IMG/VR virus record: IMGVR_UViG_3300009149_000039
Coordinates: 1-55,342 of that record
DNA from: a virus
Lineage: Duplodnaviria > Caudoviricetes
DNA length: 55,342 nucleotides
Direction: 5' to 3' (one strand)
The first letter of the stretch is position 1. Every line of letters begins with the position of its first letter. The translations under genes and the position numbers were made by a program. This document shows positions 1 through 10,530 of this stretch, in pieces. The notes below the pieces were generated by a model that worked only from the letters and a program-made list of their open reading frames with translations, was not told where the DNA came from and did not search any database.

Positions 1-1
1 A

Positions 2-3000
2 TGTACCACTTGTGCCAACTCCAGATGTTCCTGATGTACCACTTGTGCCAATTCCAGATGTACCGCTACTTCCAGAAGTACCACTTGTACCCGAACTACC
101 TGAAGTACCACTTGTACCCGAACTACCTGAAGTACCGCTACTTCCAGAAGTACCACTTGTACCAGATGAACCTGAATTACCACTAGAACCGGAAGTACCG
201 CTACTTCCAGAACTTCCATCTTCACCAGATGTTCCACTACTACCTGAACTTCCGCTACTACCAGAAGAACCTGAAGACCCAGAAGAACCGCTTGTTCCAC
301 TTGAACCGGAACTGCCAGATGTGCCACTTGTACCACTGCTTCCCGAAGACCCAGAACTTCCGCTACTTTCTGATGTACCTGAACTACCAGAAGAACCTGA
401 ACTACCAGAAGTTCCACTTGTCCCTGATGAACCAGATGTACCGCTCGTACCACTTGAACCGCTACTTCCACTTGAACCAGAACTACCGCTTGTGCCTGAA
501 CTTCCATCACTTCCGCTTGTACCACTACTACCCGAACTTCCACTACTTCCTGAACTACCACTTGAACCACTAGACCCTGATGTTCCACTACTACCATCTA
601 GTCCTGATGTACCACTACTTCCTGAAGACCCAGATGTTCCGCTTGTACCACTACTTCCAGAAGACCCGGAACTTCCAGATGTTCCACTTGAACCATCTAT
701 ACCGCTCGTTCCACTGCTACCTGAAGATCCACTTGTTCCTGAACTTCCACTTGAACCACTACTACCTGACGACCCGCTTGTACCACTCGTTCCTGATGTT
801 CCGCTTGTACCACTACTACCATCTTCTCCACTCGTTCCTGAAGAACCACTATTACCTGAAGACCCGCTTGTACCCGATGTTCCGCTACTTCCATCTATTC
901 CTGATGTACCGCTACTTCCTGATGTTCCACTTGTACCAGAACTTCCAGATGTTCCACTTGTACCCGAACTACCGCTAGAACCTGATGTTCCAGAACTTCC
1001 GCTAGAACCTGAAGAACCACTTGTGCCCGAACTACCACTACTACCCGAGGTTCCACTTGTACCAGAATTACCGCTTGAACCTGATGAACCTGAGCTTCCG
1101 CTTGTTCCACTACTTCCATCTTCTCCACTTGTTCCTGAAGAACCAGATGTTCCACTGCTACCCGAGGTTCCACTACTACCATCAATTCCACTCGTTCCGC
1201 TACTACCTGAAGACCCACCGCTTCCTGAACTTCCACTTGTACCAGATGATCCGCTACTACCGCTTGTCCCTGATGTGCCACTTGACCCATCTTCACCAGA
1301 TGAGCCACTTGTACCAGAACTTCCGCTAGAACCTGAAGAACCGCTTGTTCCTGATGTACCAGATGATCCGCTACTTCCATCTTCACCACTCGTTCCTGAA
1401 GAACCCGATGTGCCACTACTACCCGAAGACCCAGAATTTCCACTACTACCTGATGTACCACTACTACCTGATGTACCACTGCTACCTGATGTACCACTGC
1501 TACCAGAAGAACCAGATGTTCCACTCGTACCAGAAGAACCGCTACTTCCCGAACTACCACTAGTACCACTTGAACCATTACTTCCAGAAGAACCAGATGT
1601 TCCGCTTGTTCCAGAACTTCCTGATTCACCACTTGTCCCAGAGCTTCCGCTTGAGCCTGAACTACCACTACTTCCGCTTGTACCACTACTTCCAGAAGAA
1701 CCACTAGAACCCGATGTACCAGAAGAACCACTAGAACCCGATGTACCAGAAGAACCTGATATACCAGATGTTCCACTACTACCAGAACTACCACTTGAGC
1801 CTGAGCTTCCAGATGAACCGCTTGTGCCAGATGTTCCCGAAGAACCGGAACTTCCACTCGTTCCACTACTTCCATCTATACCAGATGTCCCACTTGTTCC
1901 TGAAGAACCTGCGTCACCTTGTTCACCGCTTGTCCCAGAACTACCATCACTTCCTGAACTTCCAGAAGAACCGCTCGTTCCTGAAGTACCACTACTTCCA
2001 TCTTCACCTGATGTTCCGCTACTACCATCATCACCACTTGTACCAGATGTTCCGCTACTACCATCTATCCCACTAGTTCCAGATGACCCTTCAATACCTT
2101 GTTCTCCACTTGAACCACTACTACCACTTGTTCCGCTTGTTCCTGATGTTCCCGAACTTCCATCTTCACCACTCGTTCCAGAACTACCACTACTACCTGA
2201 ACTTCCTGATGTACCGCTTGTTCCAGATGACCCTTCAATACCTTGTTCTCCACTTGTTCCAGAACTACCATTACTACCAGATGTACCGCTTGTACCAGAA
2301 CTACCATCTTCACCGGATGTACCAGAAGATCCGCTAGTTCCAGAAGAACCGCTTGTTCCACTTGACCCAGATGTCCCACCGCTTCCAGAAGAACCGCTTG
2401 TTCCACTTGACCCAGATGTCCCACCGCTTCCAGAAGAACCACTTGTTCCACTACTACCGTCACTTCCACTACTACCTGAGCTACCAGATGTACCGCTCGT
2501 TCCGCTACTTCCATCACTACCTGATGTTCCGCTTGTGCCTGATGAACCGTCTTCACCATCTATACCACTTGAGCCAGAAGACCCGCTTGTTCCAGAACTT
2601 CCATCTACACCACTTGTTCCAGAACTTCCATCTACACCACTTGTTCCACTACTACCATCATCACCTGACGTACCAGATGTACCGCTACTACCACTTGTTC
2701 CAGAACTTCCATCTACACCACTTGTTCCAGAACTACCATCTTCACCAGATGTACCGCTTGTGCCAGAACTACCATCTTCACCAGATGTACCGCTTGTGCC
2801 AGAACTACCATCTTCACCGGATGTACCGCTTGTGCCAGAACTACCATCTTCACCGGATGTACCGCTACTTCCATCACTTCCTGATGAACCCGAACTTCCC
2901 GATGTCCCACTTGTTCCAGATGACCCTTCAATACCTTGTTCTCCACTTGTACCTGAACTTCCTGATGTACCGCTATCGCCACTTGTACCACTACTTCCTG

Positions 3001-4282
3001 ATGATCCAGATGTTCCTGAAGTTCCGCTTGAGCCATCTTCACCAGATGTTCCACTTAAACCACTTGAACCACTTGTACCTGAAGAACCAACATCACCTGT
3101 TGCACCGCTTGTACCAGAACTTCCTGATGTTCCATCTTCACCACTTGTTCCGCTTGAACCTGAACTTCCACTATCACCTGTTGCTCCACTTGTACCCGAA
3201 CTTCCTGATGTACCGCTATCGCCACTTGTACCACTACTTCCTGATGTTCCATCTTCACCAGATGTTCCAGATGAACCACTATCACCTATTCCACCACTTG
3301 TACCACTACTTCCTGATGTTCCATCTTCACCGCTTGTACCTGAAGAACCTGCTTCACCAGTTGCTCCTGATGTTCCTGAACTACCATCTTCTCCTGAAGT
3401 ACCTGAAGAACCAGCATCACCACTTGTTCCAGAACTTCCACTATCACCACTTGTTCCAGAACTTCCACTATCACCACTTGTTCCAGAACTTCCACTATCA
3501 CCACTTGTTCCAGAACTTCCACTATCACCAGATGTTCCACTTGTTCCTGATGTACCTGAAGAACCTGCATCGCCTGATGTTCCACTTGTTCCAGATGATC
3601 CATTATTACCGCTTGACCCACTACTTCCAGATGTACCAGATGAACCTGTATCACCAGATGTTCCACTTGTTCCTGATGTTCCAACACCAGAACTACCACT
3701 AGAACCTGATGTTCCTGAAGACCCAGTATCACCAGATGTTCCTGAAGACCCATCAATACCAGATGTTCCTGAAGAACCAGCATCACCTGTTGCACCACTT
3801 GTACCACTACTACCTGATGTACCATTTTCACCAGATGTCCCAGAACTACCACTATCACCTGAACTTCCAGATGTTCCTGAACTACCCGATGTACCTGTAT
3901 CACCTGTTGCTCCGCTTGTACCACTACTTCCAGATGAACCACTTGTTCCACTACTACCTACATCACCATCAATACCACTTGAACCTGAACTTCCACTTGT
4001 ACCAGATGAACCTAATGTTCCATCTTCGCCACTTGTACCAGATGAACCTGATGTTCCTGATGTACCAGAACTACCTCTTAGACCAGATGTACCGCTAGTT
4101 CCCGCAGACCCACTAATTCCAGATGTCCCAGATGTCCCAGAAGACCCATCACCAATAAGTGTTTGAAGTGTTTCTAAAGATACCTGATAAGTAATCCCAC
4201 TAATTACAATAGTGGTTACACCACTTATACTAGGATTTGTATTTAACGGAAGATCGGTTATATTTTTTCCACATTTAGACAT
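2..4282 (-). CDS. Giant Gly-X-Y (GTS/GSS) Ser/Thr-rich repeat fibre protein, 3' end outside window (>1427 aa)
   Basis: ATG at 4282; reads MSKCGKNITDLPLNTNPSISGVTTIVISGITYQVSLETLQTLIGDGSSGTSGTSG..., then Gly at essentially every third residue to the window edge; absent from ORF track because no stop lies in the window. Confidence 0.9.
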   Translation of the reverse strand, partial: MSKCGKNITDLPLNTNPSISGVTTIVISGITYQVSLETLQTLIGDGSSGTSGTSGISGSAGTSGTSGLRGSSGTSGTSGSSGTSGEDGTLGSSGTSGSSGSSGIDGDVGSSGTSGSSGSSGTSGATGDTGTSGSSGTSGSSGDSGSSGTSGENGTSGSSGTSGATGDAGSSGTSGIDGSSGTSGDTGSSGTSGSSGSSGVGTSGTSGTSGDTGSSGTSGSSGSSGNNGSSGTSGTSGDAGSSGTSGTSGTSGDSGSSGTSGDSGSSGTSGDSGSSGTSGDSGSSGTSGDAGSSGTSGEDGSSGTSGATGEAGSSGTSGEDGTSGSSGTSGGIGDSGSSGTSGEDGTSGSSGTSGDSGTSGSSGTSGATGDSGSSGSSGTSGEDGTSGSSGTSGATGDVGSSGTSGSSGLSGTSGEDGSSGTSGTSGSSGSSGTSGDSGTSGSSGTSGEQGIEGSSGTSGTSGSSGSSGSDGSSGTSGEDGSSGTSGTSGEDGSSGTSGTSGEDGSSGTSGTSGEDGSSGTSGVDGSSGTSGSSGTSGTSGDDGSSGTSGVDGSSGTSGVDGSSGTSGSSGSSGIDGEDGSSGTSGTSGSDGSSGTSGTSGSSGSSGSDGSSGTSGSSGSGGTSGSSGTSGSSGSGGTSGSSGTSGSSGTSGSSGTSGEDGSSGTSGTSGSNGSSGTSGEQGIEGSSGTSGTSGSSGSSGSSGTSGEDGSSGTSGTSGTSGSSGSSGEQGIEGSSGTSGIDGSSGTSGTSGDDGSSGTSGEDGSSGTSGTSGSSGSSGSDGSSGTSGEQGDAGSSGTSGTSGIDGSSGTSGSSGSSGTSGTSGSSGSSGSSGSSGSSGTSGISGSSGTSGSSGSSGTSGSSGSSGSSGTSGSSGSSGSSGSSGTSGESGSSGTSGTSGSSGSNGSSGTSGSSGSSGSSGTSGTSGSSGSSGTSGSSGTSGSSGTSGSSGNSGSSGSSGTSGSSGTSGEDGSSGSSGTSGTSGSSGSSGSSGTSGSSGEDGSSGTSGTSGSSGSSGTSGSSGSGGSSGSSGTSGIDGSSGTSGSSGTSGSSGTSGEDGSSGTSGSSGSSGSSGNSGTSGTSGSSGSSGTSGSSGSSGSSGTSGSSGSSGTSGTSGSSGTSGTSGSSGTSGIDGSSGTSGTSGSSGNSGSSGTSGEDGSSGTSGTSGTSGTSGSSGSSGSSGSSGTSGSSGSSGTSGIDGSSGTSGSSGSSGSSGTSGTSGSSGSSGTSGLDGSSGTSGSSGSSGSSGSSGSSGSSGTSGSDGSSGTSGSSGSSGSSGSSGTSGTSGSSGTSGTSGSSGSSGSSGTSESSGSSGSSGSSGTSGTSGSSGSSGTSGSSGSSGSSGSSGSSGSSGTSGEDGSSGSSGTSGSSGNSGSSGTSGTSGSSGTSGSSGTSGTSGSSGTSGTSGSSGTSGIGTSGTSGTSGVGTSGT

Positions 4283-4318
4283 ATAAATAAATACTTTTAT
4301 ATGTAATTATCATACATT

Positions 4319-4816
4319 TTATTCGTAAGTTAGTTTAAATCCATCTTCAGTCATTATAATACAACCGTCCTCTGTTAGAATATATGTACAACAATAAGCG
4401 GTAACATCGTCAGGTTTAGAATTATACAACCCAGATCCTATAATATTCTCATCGATTGATAATGAAGAATCAATAACAAACTCAATTAAATTAAAATTAT
4501 CAATAATTAAATCAAATGGTGGTAGCTCTACCTCAAAATCAAAAAAACTATCTGATTTTAAAATAAAATCAATATATTGAATATCATCTAAAATAAAATC
4601 AGCATATTGAGTATTATCTAAGATAATTTTAATATTATCAAAATTATCGGACACGAAATCAACATACCCAAAACTATCTAATATAAAATCAAAAACATCA
4701 TTTTTTAATTCGATATCTAAATCATTTTCGGAAATTAAAATAAAATCAAAATTGTCAAAAAGTACAAAATCGACATTTCCTGAGTTATATAAAGTAATAA
4801 AATTAAAAGGATTCAT
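4319..4816 (-). CDS. Hypothetical virion-associated protein with ~10-aa DFIL repeats
   Basis: ORF; recurring xDFILD units; C-terminal ILTEDG/IMTEDG doublet; TATTTATA upstream. Confidence 0.65.
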   Translation of the reverse strand: MNPFNFITLYNSGNVDFVLFDNFDFILISENDLDIELKNDVFDFILDSFGYVDFVSDNFDNIKIILDNTQYADFILDDIQYIDFILKSDSFFDFEVELPPFDLIIDNFNLIEFVIDSSLSIDENIIGSGLYNSKPDDVTAYCCTYILTEDGCIIMTEDGFKLTYE

Positions 4817-4869
4817 ATTGTTTATAAATATCTTCTCAATTCTTTGATATTTATATAAAAATCGAAATA

Positions 4870-5658
4870 ATGAATGAATCTTTAAAACGAATTATTGAAG
4901 AAACTTTAGATCACAACAAATTGTTGAAAGAAAAATCAGTAAGTCAATCCCAGCGAGGTCTTATTTTTTCTAAAAGGAAACAATATGGTTCTAAAAAAAA
5001 TACCCCTAAAAAATGGAAATGGATTTGGAATAGTGATTGGGAAAATAAAGGAAAATTACCAAAAAGAAAAAAACCCGAAAAAACAGACGAGGAAGAAGTT
5101 GATGAAGTTGTTGATGCAGATGGAAACATTCAAACAGGGGATAAATCTAATGACTTTAATGTTAAAGGTGTAACATCACCAAAAACAAGTGATGAATATG
5201 CTCGTGCTGTTGGTGGTCAAATGGGTGGTGCAGGACTTGATGGTGGTGGAAATGCTGCTAGGTTAATGAGATATTTCGGGGAAGAAGATATGAGTAAAGT
5301 ATTGGGGGCAGAAACAATAGAAAAAGATTTACCATACGATGATGCAAAAGAACATTTTGAAGATGAATTAGAGATACCAGAAGATGAAATCGAAGATAGA
5401 CTAAAGGAATTAGGATATGAATCAGATTACGCAGAGGGTGTTTTAAGATTAGTCGAAAACCCTAAAGAATATGTTCGAGATTATTTAGAAAGTATTTTAT
5501 CAAAAAAAACAAATATAAATGATATGGTTGAAAAAGATGATGAAGAAAAAACTATTAACCCAATCATAAAAAAACAAATAGATGTTTTAAAACAAACATT
5601 AAAAGATAATGGAATTTCAACAAAACAATTTTTGTCATATATAAAAAACAATGAATAA
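4870..5658 (+). CDS. Hypothetical protein (acidic, possibly virion)
   Basis: 262-aa ORF, TATTTATA upstream, coupled to next gene. Confidence 0.75.
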   Translation: MNESLKRIIEETLDHNKLLKEKSVSQSQRGLIFSKRKQYGSKKNTPKKWKWIWNSDWENKGKLPKRKKPEKTDEEEVDEVVDADGNIQTGDKSNDFNVKGVTSPKTSDEYARAVGGQMGGAGLDGGGNAARLMRYFGEEDMSKVLGAETIEKDLPYDDAKEHFEDELEIPEDEIEDRLKELGYESDYAEGVLRLVENPKEYVRDYLESILSKKTNINDMVEKDDEEKTINPIIKKQIDVLKQTLKDNGISTKQFLSYIKNNE

Positions 5659-6127
5659 AGATTTAAAAGGTGACTTATATAAAATTGAACCATTAATTTT
5701 ATCCACCATTAAAAATGCGTTAATGTTGTATCCACATAGTGATGGAACAGAAAGAGCAAGAGAATTATTACAAGGTACGGTAAATTATAATCAATTAAAA
5801 AAAATACTACACGATATGAAAAGTTTCAAAAATAATAATGAAACTGAAAAGTATCAATTGTGTGGTGGTTCATCTTTTGAATCATGGGGTACAACTGTGT
5901 TAAATAATCGTAGAAAAAATGTTAAAGACAATAAAAAATCAAGCAAAAACGCGGATAGTATTGGTGGAACACAGGGAAGATCAAACCCATTTTTAAAAAA
6001 ACATACAAAAAATAAAAAACCAATGGCACCACCAAAAACAAATATGACACCAAATTCAAAATCGAATTTTGCGTCAACACTTAAATTGGGTAAATTGTTT
6101 GAAGAAATAATGAAATCAAATATTTAA
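5651..6127 (+). CDS. Hypothetical protein
   Basis: 158-aa ORF overlapping upstream stop. Confidence 0.7.
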   Translation: MNKDLKGDLYKIEPLILSTIKNALMLYPHSDGTERARELLQGTVNYNQLKKILHDMKSFKNNNETEKYQLCGGSSFESWGTTVLNNRRKNVKDNKKSSKNADSIGGTQGRSNPFLKKHTKNKKPMAPPKTNMTPNSKSNFASTLKLGKLFEEIMKSNI

Positions 6128-6131
6128 TATT

Positions 6132-7112
6132 ATGGACCCAGAAACATACGGTAAAAATACAGATTTAGAATTAATTGCGGAACAACAAAGAAAAGCACAT
6201 ATTGTTAAAAACACATATACAGATGATAACAGTTATGGGGTAACAAATGCAAATGCGATATCAGACGGTGATGAAAAAGGAAAAGGTGAAGGGAAAGACG
6301 GAGTAGTTGGTTCAAGTATCGATATACAAACAAGAATAGCAAACACAATAAAAAATTTATATAACGAAAATTTCGGGTATGGTGTTACCAACCCTAACGC
6401 CATATCAGATGGTGATGAAAAAGGTAAGGGAGAAGCAGGTGATAATGGTAGTGTAGGTTCAAAAACAGATATAAACGAAAGAATACAATTAGTTGCAAGA
6501 AATATTTATAATGAAAATTTCGGGTACGGAGTTACTAATCCAAATGCGATATCAGACGGTGATGAAAAAGGTAAGGGAGAAAATGATGGTAAGATAGGAT
6601 CGGTAACTGATATTAACGAAAGAACACAATTATTAGCAAGAAATACATATGATGAAAATTTCGAATATGATACAACAAACCCTAACGCGATATCAGACGG
6701 TGACGATAAAGGAAAAGGTGAAGGTGAAACAGGTAGTGTAGGGTCAAAAACAGACATAAATGAAAGAACACAATTAGTCGCAAGAAATATCTACGATGAT
6801 AATTTTGGGTATGATGTAACTAACCCTAACGCAATATCTGATGGTGACGAAAAAGGGAAAGGTGAAGGACCAAGTGGAACAATAGGTTCACAAACAGATA
6901 TTAATAGAAGAATAGATAGTGTAGCGAGGAATATATATAATGAATTTTTCGCATATGATGTTACTAATCCTAATGCAATATCAGATGGTGATGAAAAAGG
7001 AAAAGGTGAAGGTGAGGATGGTAGAATCGGGTCAAGAACCGATATTAACGAAAGAATTGTTTCAACAGCAAGAAATGATTATGGTGAACATAATAGATAC
7101 CCTGATTTTTAA
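6132..7112 (+). CDS. Tandem-repeat protein (six ~48-49-aa repeats)
   Basis: Repeat YGVTNPNAISDGDEKGKGE..GSKTDINER...ARNIY seen six times. Confidence 0.85.
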   Translation: MDPETYGKNTDLELIAEQQRKAHIVKNTYTDDNSYGVTNANAISDGDEKGKGEGKDGVVGSSIDIQTRIANTIKNLYNENFGYGVTNPNAISDGDEKGKGEAGDNGSVGSKTDINERIQLVARNIYNENFGYGVTNPNAISDGDEKGKGENDGKIGSVTDINERTQLLARNTYDENFEYDTTNPNAISDGDDKGKGEGETGSVGSKTDINERTQLVARNIYDDNFGYDVTNPNAISDGDEKGKGEGPSGTIGSQTDINRRIDSVARNIYNEFFAYDVTNPNAISDGDEKGKGEGEDGRIGSRTDINERIVSTARNDYGEHNRYPDF

Positions 7113-7963
7113 TGACTGAGTTATATACCATATCAAATATTTTATTATTGGAACAGGACAGTAAAATGATGGATTTAAGAAAAGCCATTATTGAACGAAA
7201 ACCAATTTCAATACAATATTCAGGACCACCTGAAGAAGTTTTATCTGGGCCAAGGTATGATATTGAACCAATTGTTATGGGGACAAATGCAAAAAGCGGT
7301 AATCTCGTTATTTGGGCATATGTTTTTAGAGGTGTATCAAAAAAAGGAATACCTGGGTGGAAAATGTTTAGAGTTGATAGAATTCAAAGTATAGATGCTG
7401 ATAGTTTTAATAAAGATTCATTTAAATTAGAAGATTTACCGGGATATCAACAAGGAAAAGCACCAAATGCGATGAAATCCCTAAGTCGTGTTGATATATA
7501 TTCACCATATTGGTTTGAAGGATATAAAAAGAATCAAAAGAAACCATATCAACCAGCACCGCCAGCTCCTGAACCAAAAGAAGTTCCGACAACAGAACCG
7601 ACAACAGCACCGACAGAAGTACCGACAAGTCCTGATTTATTTTCACATAAACTTGATATAATAGCTTTTAATAAATTAAAAGCAAAAGTACAAGATGTTG
7701 ATGGTCAAAAAACGGTAACTAATCAAGAATATCAAGACACATTGAATAATTTATATAAAGACAAAGAAGGTGAATGGAAAAGATATCAATCGATGGTATC
7801 AGGTAATGTAAGACCTGGGGAGGGAACAAGAAATCGATTTAAAACATATGGAAAAAAAGAAATCGATGATTTATTATCACAGAACGGTATTACTGTTTCA
7901 AATGAAGTAAACAATATGGTTGCTGAGATACAAAAAAGATTTAAAGACTTGATTTTTTCATAA
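7112..7963 (+). CDS. WYL-domain protein
   Basis: N-terminal ISIQYSG...RYDIEPIVMG...WKMFRVDRI matches WYL pattern; Pro/Thr linker. Confidence 0.7.
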   Translation: MTELYTISNILLLEQDSKMMDLRKAIIERKPISIQYSGPPEEVLSGPRYDIEPIVMGTNAKSGNLVIWAYVFRGVSKKGIPGWKMFRVDRIQSIDADSFNKDSFKLEDLPGYQQGKAPNAMKSLSRVDIYSPYWFEGYKKNQKKPYQPAPPAPEPKEVPTTEPTTAPTEVPTSPDLFSHKLDIIAFNKLKAKVQDVDGQKTVTNQEYQDTLNNLYKDKEGEWKRYQSMVSGNVRPGEGTRNRFKTYGKKEIDDLLSQNGITVSNEVNNMVAEIQKRFKDLIFS

Positions 7964-7983
7964 ACAAAAAATATATTTAACAT

Positions 7984-8613
7984 ATGACAATGAAACTAAA
8001 CAACGGACCAATATCTCAAGACGATTTAATGTTACGTCTAGCAAATGCTAAGAAAGTAATGGAAAAAGTAGATGATGGTAATTACCATAAAGGGAATATT
8101 AACGAAGCCCCTATTGTTAATGATGATGAAGCATATGCAATAGCTGACCAATTAAGAACAGATGATGAAACAGTACCACTAAAGGATGTAGGGACTGTTA
8201 ATATTAGTAAAATGCAAGAAGAAAAAATTAATCAATCAAATTTACCTGAACATATAAAACAAGCGATGATAAATAACCCTACACAATTATCGTTAAATGA
8301 TTCATTAGATATGAATTTTGTTGAAAGAACAAAAAAAATAATGGAGCAACAAGGTGTAAGTACAAAAAAAACGAATAACACACAACCAAGAACGAATAAT
8401 CCACCACAATCATTAAATAGTAATGATATAGTATCCCAACTAACACCGATAATTGAAAATATTGTATTAAAAACGATGAACGACATTTTCGATAAAAAAT
8501 TGGATTTAATTTTAAATGCTCAAAAAACATCAACAATTAATGAAAATTTAGTATTAAAGGTTGGTGAATCTATTTTTAGTGGTAAAATTACAGGTGTAAA
8601 AAAAAGTAAGTAA
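7984..8613 (+). CDS. Hypothetical protein
   Basis: 209-aa ORF. Confidence 0.7.
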   Translation: MTMKLNNGPISQDDLMLRLANAKKVMEKVDDGNYHKGNINEAPIVNDDEAYAIADQLRTDDETVPLKDVGTVNISKMQEEKINQSNLPEHIKQAMINNPTQLSLNDSLDMNFVERTKKIMEQQGVSTKKTNNTQPRTNNPPQSLNSNDIVSQLTPIIENIVLKTMNDIFDKKLDLILNAQKTSTINENLVLKVGESIFSGKITGVKKSK

Positions 8614-8669
8614 TTTACAATTCCCTTTTCTATTTTTTTTAATTATATTTTTGTCATAAATACTATAAT

Positions 8670-9902
8670 ATGTCAAAAATTAGAATATTAGCAATACCTC
8701 CCGATGGTTTTGGGGTTGGTAAATTTAGAATCATAAATCCATACTCACATTTACAAGAAAGTTACCCTGACGATTTTCATATAGATATAAAACCGAGTGT
8801 TCCTGATAATGATAGTGAGTTCGATAACTATGATATTATTGTTATGCATAGTTTTATTCACAATACTGTTTCATTTGAAAGAAACAGACAAAGAATAGAT
8901 TGGTTAAAAAGAAAAGGTAAAATCGTTATTATCGATATTGATGATTATTGGACACCAGATATGCGACACCCAATGTATCTTCACATTATGTCTAGTGAAG
9001 TTAATAAGAAAAAACTATCATTACTAAATACCGCGTCATATATTTCAACAACCACACCGGTTTTTAGGGATAGTATAATTAAAAAAATAGGAACGGATAA
9101 TGTTGTTGTTTTCCCTAATGCAATTGATGAAACGGAAGCACAATACATACCAAAACCAACACCATCAGATAAAATACGATTTGGGTGGTTAGGTGGGTCA
9201 TCACACTTACACGATATCCAACTAATGGAAATCGGTATGAGTAAATTACACGATAATATGAAAGATAAGATTCAATTCGTTCTTTGTGGATTTGATATAA
9301 GAGGTGATATAAAAGAAATAAACAAAGAAACTGGCGAGGTAAAATCAAGACCAATAAAACCGATAGAAACAGTTTGGTACAAATATGAACAAATGGCAAC
9401 CAAAAATTATTCAGTTTTAGATAATGATTATATTAATTTTTTAAAACAATTTAAAGAGGTCGATTATCCTGATTTAGATAAACCATATAGAAGACGATGG
9501 ACCAAAGAAGTTTCAAGATACGCAGAAAATTATAATCATTTCGATATATCATTAGCACCACTAGTCGATAATGTTTTTAATAATAATAAATCCCAACTTA
9601 AAGTAATTGAAGCAGGATTCCATAAAAAAGCAATCATTGCAAGTGAATCTAACCCATACCTAATAGATTTAGTAAACGCTATTGAATTTGGTGGAAAATC
9701 AAATGATAAAGGTAATGCCCTATTAGTATCACAAAATAAAAATCATAAACAATGGTTTCAACATATGAAAAGATTGGTTGATAACCCAAATATGATTGAG
9801 GACTTAGGGAATAAATTATATGAAACAGTAAAAGATAAGTATTCGTTAAGTAAAGTTAATAATGATAGAGCGGAATTTTTAAAATCAATCGTAAATAAGT
9901 AA
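8670..9902 (+). CDS. Glycosyltransferase (GT-B/GT4-like)
   Basis: IDIDDYW, FGWLGGSSH, DISLAPL..N.FN..KSQLKVIEAG motifs. Confidence 0.85.
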   Translation: MSKIRILAIPPDGFGVGKFRIINPYSHLQESYPDDFHIDIKPSVPDNDSEFDNYDIIVMHSFIHNTVSFERNRQRIDWLKRKGKIVIIDIDDYWTPDMRHPMYLHIMSSEVNKKKLSLLNTASYISTTTPVFRDSIIKKIGTDNVVVFPNAIDETEAQYIPKPTPSDKIRFGWLGGSSHLHDIQLMEIGMSKLHDNMKDKIQFVLCGFDIRGDIKEINKETGEVKSRPIKPIETVWYKYEQMATKNYSVLDNDYINFLKQFKEVDYPDLDKPYRRRWTKEVSRYAENYNHFDISLAPLVDNVFNNNKSQLKVIEAGFHKKAIIASESNPYLIDLVNAIEFGGKSNDKGNALLVSQNKNHKQWFQHMKRLVDNPNMIEDLGNKLYETVKDKYSLSKVNNDRAEFLKSIVNK

Positions 9903-9909
9903 CCACAAA

Positions 9910-9941
9910 TTTGGTATTCTTCTTTTTTTTTCGTATATTTG
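9910..9941 (+). promoter_or_regulatory. Bacteroidota-type primary-sigma promoter
   Basis: TTTG at 9910-9913 and TATATTTG at 9934-9941. Confidence 0.65.
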
Positions 9942-9972
9942 CATAAAATAAATTAAACTTAAAATTATTATT

Positions 9973-10218
9973 ATGTATTATACAGTAACAATTGCCTTCG
10001 AAAATGAAGAAGAAACAAGAGGAGGTGAACTCCGAATCAAAACCCAAAAAGTAAAATATATCTTTGAGGCTCTATCTGTTGAAGAAGCGTCAATCCTAGC
10101 GAACAAATATATCGCAGAAGATTCTAGGACAGCTGAGGTTAGATCCATTGTAGACGCAAATATTGAATGTGTTATTGACAACGCAAATACACCAAAATAC
10201 TATAAAAATGTGGAATAA
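9973..10218 (+). CDS. DUF4494-like small protein
   Basis: YTVTIAFE...KVKYIFEALSVEEA resembles Bacteroidota DUF4494. Confidence 0.5.
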   Translation: MYYTVTIAFENEEETRGGELRIKTQKVKYIFEALSVEEASILANKYIAEDSRTAEVRSIVDANIECVIDNANTPKYYKNVE

Positions 10219-10525
10219 GAAAAAAACACCAACGGTTATAGGTAAATCCGTTCAGCTAGTTAAAGAAGTATCAATTCGACAATCAAGAAATGAATATGGT
10301 ACTTCTGGTGTAACAGGTCCACCACAAGACGGTGAGTCACTATTCAAGATTAAACCAATCTACTATGTTGCAATTAAAAAGGATTATTCAGATGGTTCAA
10401 CATATACAGACTATCGTTATTGTTTTTTTAAAAATAAAAAAGAAGCTGAAACTATATTTGACTTCTTAGTTAAAAATAAGGGTAACAGTAGCATTAAAGA
10501 AATACAAAAAGAAACACAAATTTAA
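10208..10525 (+). CDS. Hypothetical protein
   Basis: ORF; probable start MWNKK overlapping upstream gene end. Confidence 0.6.
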   Translation: MWNKKKTPTVIGKSVQLVKEVSIRQSRNEYGTSGVTGPPQDGESLFKIKPIYYVAIKKDYSDGSTYTDYRYCFFKNKKEAETIFDFLVKNKGNSSIKEIQKETQI

Positions 10526-10530
10526 ATAAA

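Noticed and set aside
1-4150. Possible CRISPR array or satellite DNA
   Set aside because: 9-nt periodicity with synonymous variation and no repeat-spacer alternation; it is a coding repeat.
12-4166. 1384-aa Pro-rich + strand ORF and the many short His/Leu/Val-rich ORFs in 1-4100
   Set aside because: Shadow frames of the minus-strand Gly-X-Y gene: Gly codons give Pro at every third position. The minus frame has a unique N-terminus, an ATG and the upstream motif.
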